From the human T2T-CHM13v2.0 reference genome, Homo sapiens, in assembly GCF_009914755.1 (NCBI RefSeq), contig NC_060941.1: a DNA stretch of 64,000 bases, one strand, 5' to 3'. Shown here in pieces: positions 48,785-64,000 of the stretch (positions are counted from its first letter, which is position 1; each line of letters starts with the position of its first letter). Made by a program: the position numbers and the translations under genes. The notes beneath the pieces are model-generated. The model was not told the DNA's origin. It ran no database searches and saw nothing but the letters and a program-made list of their open reading frames with translations.

Positions 48785-50212
48785 TCTAGTTACTACTGCT
48801 GCATAACACAGCTCTAAAACTCGTTGTAAAATAACTATTTGTTTTGTTTGCTTATCAAACAAAACTTGTTTACAAGTCCCTGTTTTTTTTTTAAGACAGA
48901 GACTTGCTCTGTTCCCCAGGCTGGAGTGCAGTGGTGCAATCACAGCTCCCTGCCCCTTTGACCTTCTGGACTCAAGCAATCCTTCTGCCTCTGCCTGCCA
49001 TGTAGCTGGGACCACAGGTGCACATCACCATGCCCAGCAATTTTTTTTTTTTTTTTTTGTAGAGAGAGAGTCTTCTCACATTGCTTCAGTTGGTCTTGAA
49101 CTCCTGGGCTCAAGCAGTCCTTCCACTTCGGCCTCCTAAAGTGCTGGAATTACAGGCCTGAGCCACTGCCCCTGGCCTAAAATGACTATTTGTATTGTAC
49201 TCACAGATTCCTGTAGGTCAGGAATTTGGACCTCACTAGTAGGGGCAACTTGCTTTTGCTTCACAATGTCCGAGGCCTTAGGTAGGAGATTCAAAGCCTG
49301 GGGGTGACTTGATGGCTGGGAGCTATAATCATAATAAAGTATCTCTACTTACATATCTAGTGGTTGAGCTTGGGTATCAGCTGGGACTCAGTTGGGATGT
49401 TAGCTAAACACCCATGGCCTCTCCGTGTGGTAGCTCTGTTGAGCTAGTTTGGGCTTCCTCACAGCATGGCAGCTGGGTTCCAAGGGCAAGTCCTAAGAGA
49501 ACAAAGTAGCAGTGTGCGACATGTTTGTGCTCTGGCCTCGGAAGCATCATTTCTACTGTATTTTTTTGTTTGTTTGTTGCTTTAAAGACAGCGTCGTTCT
49601 GTCGCCTAGGTTGGAGTGCAGTGGCGCCATCGTAGCCCCCTACAACCTTGAACTCCTGAGCTGAAGCGGTCGTCCTGCCTCAGCCTCCCAAAGTGCTGGG
49701 ATTACAAGCATGAGCTCCACGCCCAGCCTTTAGTGTATTCTTTTGGTTGAAGCCATCACAAAGGTTTCTCAGGGTTCAAATGAGGGGACATCAGCCCCAC
49801 TGTTGGATGGGAGGAGTGTCAAGATTACACTGTAGGGTCTGGCCACAGTGGCTTATGCCTGTAATCCCAGCACTTTGGGAGGCCGAGGTAGGTAGATTGC
49901 TTGAGCCCAGGAGTTTGAGACCAGCGTGGGCAACATGGGGAAACCCTGTCTCTATAAAAAATACAAACATTAGCTAGCCATGGTGGCGCACACCTGTGGT
50001 TCCAGCAACGTGAGGAGGCTGAGGTGGGAGGATCACTTGAACCTGGGAGGCGGAAGTGGCAGTGAGCCAAAATCATACCACTGCACTCCAGCCTGGGCTA
50101 CAGAGGGAGACCCTGTGTCAAAAACAAAACAAAAAACAAGGTTACATTGTAAGAATGTCATGTGAGATGGGAGATGCTGTGGCCATCTCTGGTGAATACA
50201 TTCTGCAGCAGT
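48785..50212. mobile_element. MLT1 (MLT1F/G-like) MaLR LTR split by three Alu insertions
   Basis: CTGCTGCATAACA.., CTCACAGATTCCTGTAGGTCAGGAATTTGG, GGGCTTCCTCACAGCATGGCAGCTGGGTTCCAAG; ends GGCCATCTCTGGTGAATACATTCTGCAGCA. Confidence 0.75.
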
Positions 50213-50484
50213 TGGAACAACACTCAGCAGGGTGTTGACCGCATTATATAAACTCAGTGAAAGACTGTTGTGTAAATGAGTGGTAGGTAATTTAAGCACC
50301 AAGGTGGGTGAGGACCAAATACAAGAATTCAATTCCAGATGTGAACAGATTACCCCATGGTACCAAGATAAATGCAGACCTTCCACCTTTTATAGTTATT
50401 GATAGTCTCTTCTTGCTATCTCTACTCTTTCTGTTTCCAACATGGAGAATCTGTGAATTGATCACGTGGAACTGAACTTCTTCA

Positions 50485-50919
<435 letters not shown>

Positions 50920-51496
50920 TTAGCCTCAGCAAATGCAGTGTGAACAGGCGCTGGTCCATCTGCGGACATCGAGATGGCTGGCCTGGTCACACCTACATAG
51001 GCAGCTGCTCTGTGGCTGCATGTCACACTGAGGGACTATCTGTGGCTGAACCGGAGTGTGACTCTCAGTCTTTGGCTTTATGTATCTTATGTGTATTTAT
51101 CCTCATCATATCCTCATCGTGTACATATCCTCATGTATTATCCTATGATATCAGTTAATTAATACAGTGAGAAAAGCAAAAACGATCCCTCCTCCAAAGT
51201 AAGTAGAAGATGTTGAGATGTTTTACCACAATTGCTAAAGCTTTCCAGGTGACAGAACAATTTGTGAATATCTTTTACTTCATTTTACTTTAATATGTAT
51301 ATATGAGACAGGGTCACCCTGGCTGGAGTGCTACAATCATGGCTCACTGCAGCCTCGACTTCCCAGACTCAAGTGACCTCCTCATCTCGGCCTCCTGAGT
51401 AGCTGGGATTATAGGCGCATGAAACCATGCCCGGCTAATTTTTAAAATTTTTTTTGCAGAGACAGGGTCTCATTACGTTGCCCCGGCTGGTCTTAA

Positions 51497-51805
<309 letters not shown>

Positions 51806-52685
51806 TGAGTTTTGGGGTAGAAATGGGGTTTCACCATGTTGCCCAGGCTGGTCACCAACTCCTGAGCTAAAGTGATACAACCACCTTGGCCTCCCAAAGT
51901 GCTAGGATTATCATTTTCATTACTAAATCAGAAATGTGGGCCGGACCTGGTGGCTCACCCCTGTAATCCCAAGATCTCTTGAGCCTGGGAGATCAAGGCT
52001 ATAGTGACCTAAGATTGTGCCACTGTACTCTAGCCTGGGCAACAGAGTGAGACTCGGTCTCAAAACAAAAAGAACTAGACAGACATTTACTTTATTAGAA
52101 GGAGAAAATGTGATTACAAAAGCTTTTTGAATATAAAAAGGTAACAGTGTAGGCCTCTCCAGTATATACTCTGGCCCTCTGAAATTCCTAAAACTGAAAG
52201 TATTTTAGTGAGAGCATTTTACACAGTCATCTGAAGCACTGTTGTGGCCATTTTCTGCTGTTGACTGAACATGAAAAGAAAAGCCGTAGATAGAATTTCA
52301 GTTAACTGCTGATTCTGGTGGTTGTCATCTTTTTTTTTTTTTTTTTTTTTTAAAGAAAAGTAACCTCCGTGGCATTAGGATGGATGCTGTCTCTGATTAG
52401 GCCATGACCCCATGTAGCAATTCTGAGTGTCAGGTACCACTGCTCCAGGTATGGATGCCAGTGCTGACCACAAGGCTACAAGGCTGATGCCCGCATCCCA
52501 GGAGCTCTGTGGAGCAGGGAGCAATCAGGTGTTATTAATATTAGTGTATGCATTACTGAGATTAGAGGCCCGCTGGGAAGACACTAATCTTGTATTTTGT
52601 TCAGTACTTAGTGTTCGATGCTTATTATCCAAAAAGACCAGCATCGTCTCTGAGAAGATGTTAAGAACAAACCAGACTGGGCTCA

Positions 52686-53047
<362 letters not shown>

Positions 53048-53790
53048 TCACTCTACCCTACCCCCATCCCCCAAGCCAGGAAAATATTTTTTCCTCCAAG
53101 AAGCACGTGCCATTGCCAGAGCATCTTGGGAAGGCCAAGTTGAACACCATAGACAGTGATGTGGTCATTCTTAAGCATTCTTCCTGGTCATCATCGTCCC
53201 AGAGACCATTGTCCTGCAGTGGGATGGCATGTTCACTCAGAGAGCACCATGCAATTTGTGATCCCTCAAATACGGGTCAAACTCTGCTACCCTATCTCCT
53301 TTCCCTGTCTCCCAGGACACATTTACTGAGTAGATTTTCATGCACCTGTGATATAATACCCATGGGTTTTTTATTTTTTACCATCCAGTTCTACTGATCT
53401 GATCTGAGAACTGGCTGACTCTAGGGCTTCTTGTAGTGCCTACTCTGGGGCTGCTCCTTGCTGAGGTCCACCCTCTGCAGCCAGGGGGATGTTTTGTGCA
53501 CCAAATGGTGTACCAGGATGTGGCAGTAGTTCCCTGTTCTGGCACTAGGGGAAACTGGAGCAGCTCGGCCCACCTGGGCTTAGCCTTTCTGTAAGTAGCA
53601 CTGAAACACCTTCTTAGGCAGATCCACACCCCCCCGCGTGTGTGGCAGACGCTGGCTGGTGGTGTGGAGCGCCGCGAGGCAGGTGATGAGAACACAGCCA
53701 CGATTTAGTCACCGCAGAGAAGCAGTGTGTGGACTTGAGCTAGAAATCCGGACACCTTCCATCTTTTCCTAGTTTCACTTCTCAAGTTGA

Positions 53791-54407
<617 letters not shown>

Positions 54408-55120
54408 TAGGCGTAAGCCACCGTGTCTATGGCCAAGCCTCTCTGAATTAGACAACAACTAGATAACCTACTTGGAAATTTGATTAGCATCTTCCAGATT
54501 TTCCACAATGAGGAGCGTCATCCCCAGCAGCTTGAAGGCCTAATTTTGTGTTTATTACCACAGTGACTTTGCTTTTTAAACCAGTAGGATTCTGCCAGGG
54601 AAGACTTGGAAGTGGCAGGAGACCCTGCTCTGCTGTAGGAAAGGATGTTCTCAGAGTTTCTGCCCTGTTCATAGTTTACATCCAATGCACACACACGCAG
54701 TTTCCTTATGTGACTGCGTCCTTGTTCCTCCTCATGCTGTGATTTCACCTGTGGACTGCTCTGTGTACTCCCATAGCATTAACCAGTCATGGGATGTGGG
54801 CTCCCAAAGCGAGGCCTAGCCTCGAGTGAGGAGGCAGCTCCCTTCAGAGAAGGGCAGTGTCCAGGAGGGACTTGTGGTCTGTTAGCACCAGCACACCTGG
54901 TGCCTCAGTCTTCCAGGGGGAATGCAGACAGAGCCACAGCACTCACCTCTGCAGCAGTTCTCAGACGTGCCCCCGACCCGCAGCCTCACCTCAGAAAGGC
55001 AACTCTTCCAGCCCCACTCTGGAGGGACGGAATCAGAAGCTGGGGAAAGGTCCAGCAGTCTGTGCGCACAGCCCTCTGGGGGATTCTGAGGCATGCTCAG
55101 GTTTGAGAGCCCCTGCATTA

Positions 55121-56595
<1,475 letters not shown>

Positions 56596-57355
56596 ACGAC
56601 AGGTCTGACAGTTACCTGGGAAAGGTGGGGGAACAGGTGGTAGAAGAACACATTTTTTATGATGTTCATGGTACTTACATAACATAAATGAATAAAATAG
56701 GGCCAACATGGAAAAGAAAACAAAATGAAGGAAAATGTCAAATTGCCATCCTGAACACCAGCACCGCCTGTAATTAGCGTTCCTGGCTGCAGCCACATCT
56801 GCGGTCCTGCTCCTCATGAAGCCGTCCTCCGTGCCATGTCCCGGCCATGCCTGTCCTTAGCTTCCTGGTGCACACTGTCCTCCACCTTGTGTTCAGGCAC
56901 AGGGCTGCTTGGCTCACCCTTGCTGCACCTGGCCTGTCCGTCCTCCCACCGCGGTGCCGCCCAGGCCTTCCCACTGCAGGGCTGGCTAACGGTGCATGGA
57001 AGAGACTCGAGTCCGTGTTGTGTCCTCATAGCCCACCGAGGAGGCAGCAGTGCCGGACATTTCGCGGATAGGTTGTGGTCTCTGAGTCTCCTCCTCTCAA
57101 GAGGATGAGATTTGTCTGTGTTATTGTCAAAACTCTTATTTGTCACGCCGCGGGTTATGTGTCAGTAACAAAAAGCTGAGATTTAGGCCGGTGTTTCTTA
57201 CTGGTGCAGCCTTTAAATGCACACCTGCGAATGTTCAGTGCACCTTCCGCTTCCTGGCTCTATTTCAGTCAAACCTGAGGTCGTAGTGAAAGTCGGTGAG
57301 GAATTCTTTGGAACTTCCTGATTGGCTGTGTCCTTGCCTCCTTGTCTTCCCGCAG

Positions 57356-57443
57356 ATTTGATTTGTATCCACTGTCACCAGCACTGCTCACTTAGGACTT
57401 TCTGGATCCGGACCCAGGCAGCGCACACTGGACTCTTGAGGAA
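57356..57443 (+). other. DUSP14: DUSP14 non-coding exon 2 (88 nt)
   Basis: Strong acceptor CCTTGTCTTCCCGCAG, donor GAA|GTGAGT, no ATG; matches my recollection of the mRNA. Confidence 0.82.
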
Positions 57444-57978
57444 GTGAGTACCCCACCACTGCCTGCCTGTTGAACCCGGGGAGGCTCTTGTCTGACTGAA
57501 ATCACTGCAGGCTTCCCGACGATCCCCTGGGTGTGTGTGGGCAGGCGCACTTGCCACTGGGCACAGGTGATAAAGCATTGTGATTTTTTTTTTTGGTGAG
57601 AGGAACGGATGTATCTAAGATCTCAGGAAACTGAGAACTTCCTTTTCTGCTCTTATTAAATGTCAATATATATATATCAATATATATGTAAATGTATATA
57701 TTGACATTTAATAGCAAACACTGGAATAATGAGAGGATAGTGACGTTCAGACGTTAAAAGCCAGTGGGATTCATCGTGGAGCTCAGAATTAAGGTGAAGT
57801 TATTTAGCCACACCCAAGGTCAGGTCAGGTAAAATGCTCATTTAACTTACAGGAATGAACTTTGAAGACCATGGCCTTCAAATTGCCTGGGATTATTTCC
57901 ATGGAAATGCTACTGTGTTTACATTGTCACGAAATGATAGGAAATAGTTTTTGGTTTGGGTTTTTGTTTTTGTTTTGA

Positions 57979-58080
<102 letters not shown>

Positions 58081-58254
58081 TAGCTGGGATTACAGGTGCT
58101 CGCCACCATGCTCAGCTAATTTTTGTATTTTTAGTAGAGACAGGGTTTCCCAATGTTGGCCAGGCTGGTCTCGAACTCCTGACCTCAGGTGATCCACCCG
58201 CCTCAGCCTCCCAAAGTACTGGGATTACAGGCATGAGCTACCTCACCTGGCCTT

Positions 58255-58288
<34 letters not shown>

Positions 58289-58863
58289 GCTGGGTCTCCC
58301 TGTTGCCCAGGTTGCAGTGTGGTGGTGGTGCAATCACAGCTCACTGCAGCCTCGACCTCCCAGGCTCAAGTGATCTGCCCACCTCAGTCTCCTGAGTAGC
58401 TGGGACTACAGGCATGCACTACCACACCCAGCTAATTAAAAAAAAATAAAAAATAAAAAATAAAAAGTTTTTTTGTAGAGATGGGGTCTCACTGTGTTGC
58501 CCAGGCTGGTCTTCTGGTCTTGAACTCCTGGGCTTAAGCAATCCTCCCACCTCAGCCTCCCAAAGTGCTGGGATTACATGTATGAGTCACCATGCCCAGC
58601 CACCCCCCCCACCCCACTTTTTTTTTTTTTTTTTTTTTTGGACAATCACCAGAGAGCTGAATTTTACATTGATTTCACATGTTTGTGTCTTAGGTGACTT
58701 TTCCCAACTGTTAATTGATAGAAAATGATTTGTCTGTATCCTTGAAAGATTGTACTGTATTATTTAAAAAAAAACCCTCTAATCTTCCCATTTGACAAAT
58801 GTGACAGAAGGCTGTGATGAATCAGTAGCATTTAAAGTACTGACACATACCTGTATTTTGCAG

Positions 58864-58955
58864 GAAGGAGACTCTAATTTTGGATTCCTTGGTGGAGGAA
58901 AATAAAACACTCTGGTCTTGCCGCCAACGATGCAAGTGTGACTGCTGGCGTCTTC
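58864..58955 (+). other. DUSP14: DUSP14 last exon, 5'UTR part
   Basis: Acceptor CTGTATTTTGCAG at 58863. An in-frame TAA at 58875-58877 precludes N-terminal extension by splicing. Confidence 0.85.
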
Positions 58956-59552
58956 ATGAGCTCCAGAGGTCACAGCACGCTACCAAGGACTCTCATGGCC
59001 CCTCGGATGATTTCCGAGGGAGACATAGGAGGCATTGCTCAAATCACCTCCTCTCTATTCCTGGGCAGAGGCAGTGTGGCCTCCAATCGGCACCTCCTCC
59101 AGGCTCGTGGCATCACCTGCATTGTTAATGCTACCATTGAGATCCCTAATTTCAACTGGCCCCAATTTGAGTATGTTAAAGTGCCTCTGGCTGACATGCC
59201 GCATGCCCCCATTGGACTGTACTTTGACACCGTGGCTGACAAGATCCACAGTGTGAGCAGGAAGCACGGGGCCACCTTGGTGCACTGTGCTGCAGGGGTG
59301 AGCCGCTCAGCCACGCTGTGTATCGCGTACCTGATGAAATTCCACAACGTGTGCCTGCTGGAGGCGTACAACTGGGTGAAAGCCCGGCGACCTGTCATCA
59401 GGCCCAACGTAGGCTTCTGGAGGCAACTGATAGACTACGAGCGCCAGCTCTTTGGGAAGTCGACAGTTAAAATGGTACAGACACCTTATGGCATAGTTCC
59501 CGACGTCTATGAGAAGGAGTCCCGACACCTGATGCCTTACTGGGGGATTTAG
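58956..59552 (+). CDS. DUSP14: Dual specificity protein phosphatase 14 (MKP-6), 198 aa, single coding exon
   Basis: MSSRGHSTLPRTLMAPRMISEGD...; catalytic VHCAAGVSRS (Cys111 codon 59286-59288); AYLM and IRPNVGF DSP motifs. The ORF-track start at 58938 is a GTG; the real ATG is 58956. Confidence 0.98.
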   Translation: MSSRGHSTLPRTLMAPRMISEGDIGGIAQITSSLFLGRGSVASNRHLLQARGITCIVNATIEIPNFNWPQFEYVKVPLADMPHAPIGLYFDTVADKIHSVSRKHGATLVHCAAGVSRSATLCIAYLMKFHNVCLLEAYNWVKARRPVIRPNVGFWRQLIDYERQLFGKSTVKMVQTPYGIVPDVYEKESRHLMPYWGI

Positions 59553-60185
59553 TGCCACTGAAGCCTGCGTCAGCAGCCCGAGCGGGGCCGGCATCTGCTC
59601 CCCGCCGTCTGCTCCCTCTCCACTCTCTTCTCAAATGGCTGACTTCTGGTTCTCCCTCAAGTGTTTTTTACACTGGGTGTTCAAATTTATTTTAAGAGAT
59701 AGGGAGGGAGGGGACATAAAGGGAATGCATACATTGCTAGTCACATTTTTAAAATTAACATTTTGGAATAGTGTTTATGGAAATCTTTAGCTTTTAATCA
59801 TTTTTACCAATTTGAACAGTTTAATAAACTGGTTCTGCTCTCTTCTGAATCTCATGCCTTTGGCACCTTGGTAGGTGCAGGAGGAGCTCAGTGCAAAAAT
59901 CACTCTGGGGCCTCATTAACCCTTTAGAGACAAGCTTTGCCCCAGGCTGCGGACCAGACAGATGCTTAGGGAAGGTTGATACCAGCTTCAGTCTCTACTG
60001 GATTAGCCCTACTCTTTCCTTTCCCCTCCATTATTTAGTGACTCTGTAAGTAAGTTAAATACACCCTTATTATTTAGCTGTTAAGTAACTATAATGAAAT
60101 CTGCTGCAAAATCTCTCTTGGAATCCATGTGCCCAGGATTATATTAGCATTATTTTTAATAAATCTATATGCTTAACATATTAGA
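59553..60185 (+). terminator. DUSP14: DUSP14 3'UTR and poly(A) signals
   Basis: AATAAA at 59823-59828 and 60158-60163; the latter has an upstream U-rich element and a downstream GT-rich element (60206-60218). Confidence 0.8.
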
Positions 60186-61479
60186 ATTTTTACTAATAAT
60201 TTCAAGGTGTGTGTGTGTCGATGATGGGAAAAAGGTGCTCTCCAGTAACTAACTAACTAACTAACTGCTGAAATGTGGCTCCTGTGCCAGTTGGGAACAT
60301 TACTTAAAATACACATCCCAGCAGAGTCTTGTCGGCGCGTCACATCCTGGTGGACAGGCAGACACACCGTCCCCGGTGCTGGGCCGGTGGGAGATGATTG
60401 ATAGTGCACGCTCTGATCAGGGGTGCTGGTTTTGGTTTCCTCTTGGTTAGTGGAGCGCCCCGAAGCAGCGTGTCCTCCATCAGAGAAACTGGTTTTCAAT
60501 AAAAGGTGCCTCTGCTTGACTATTATTACCACATACGAAAATGCCCTAAACCAAACCTCAGTATGAGCGATAAGCAAGTAACAAAAACAATGGCTGCCTT
60601 TGTTTAACTTTGGGACTGTCAGTCACCCAGTTCACTGCTCCTGATAAAACGGGCAGCACCGCTCATCATCATCAGATACATGGTAGAAGGTGAATGAGCT
60701 CGCCCCTGTCCCACTCCTGGGACACTCCTGGGCACTTTCCACGTGCCCCCAAGTAACCACTGTCCTAGGGCGTGCCTTTCTTCTGCATGGAGGGCATCCT
60801 GGGCGTCTGCCCGTGCAATGGGAACCCGCTGCGGCACTGCTCTTTGGCTTCATTTATCAGGAAGGTTGTAGCTTGCTCACCAGAGGAATAGTTTTCTAGA
60901 TTTTTTGGGTCAGTTTTGGCAGGAAGCCATACATAGGCCAGTAGCTACATATTTAGACAAATATCCTCCACATTTTACCTGGTTTGTGGCAATGGTTTTT
61001 TCCCATCTAAATTCTACCTTTTATTGCTTTATACCCGTGGCTGCCCACTGTTATAAACATGCATCATTATTCTCTAGAAAAACTAAAATGAAAAAAATTA
61101 TTAATAGTTTCTATGGGAAATCAGAGGAAACAACAAATGCTATAAGATCAAAAAAAAATAAAATAAAATAAAAAATCCAGGGAGGCTCTGGCTGCTTTAG
61201 TAGGAGGCTCAGCTTTGAGTCTGGGAGTTTCTGAATAAGAGCACCCAAATAACCATTGTCCTAGGGCGAGAAGACACCTGGTGACAGATGTTCTTGGTAA
61301 TTAATGAAAATTACCTGTAGAATTCCTGGCAAGCAGCACTACGGGGCTGTAACTAAGAGTTCCTCGCACGTGGGAAGCTGAACACCTTTGTAATCTTAAG
61401 CGCATGGGCCCCTGTTCATCCTAGTGACTTGCATCTATGTGAAATCAACCCAACAAAGACAAGACCAAGAAAAGGCTTA

Positions 61480-64000
<2,521 letters not shown>

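Noticed and set aside
58938-58955. 204-aa N-terminally extended DUSP14 from the ORF track
   Set aside because: It starts at a GTG that overlaps the uORF; the known protein starts at ATG 58956 and nothing supports GTG initiation.
59039-59594. Antisense and alternative-frame ORFs over the DUSP14 CDS
   Set aside because: Shadow ORFs of a real coding sequence; no independent promoter or splice evidence.

Overview
Human genomic DNA that I recognise as chromosome 17q12, from the TADA2A and DUSP14 protein sequences. On the + strand it holds the last eight coding exons and 3'UTR of TADA2A (5206-~26400), including an intronic-polyadenylation short isoform ending at 12315. About 9-10 kb of intergenic DNA follows, then the DUSP14 CpG-island promoter and the whole DUSP14 gene: two non-coding exons and one coding exon, CDS 58956-59552, 198 aa. 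The right end is probably the SYNRG 3'UTR on the - strand, convergent with DUSP14; that call rests on known gene order. An RPL24 processed pseudogene split by an Alu lies at 839-1678. About 70-75 Alu elements or monomers (hand count, ~30% of the window) explain most ORF-track entries; L1, L2, MIR, MER1B, MER3, MER5A, THE1/MST and MLT1 fossils are also present. I found no convincing new gene or biological system. The most interesting unexplained signals are: an apparent ancient collinear duplication in the intergenic DNA; poly(A)-site-gated inverted Alus in the TADA2A 3'UTR; a uORF with better start context than the DUSP14 ATG; an ARE/FOX/CRE/AP-1 cluster with extra splice donors upstream of DUSP14; and several fold-back palindromes.
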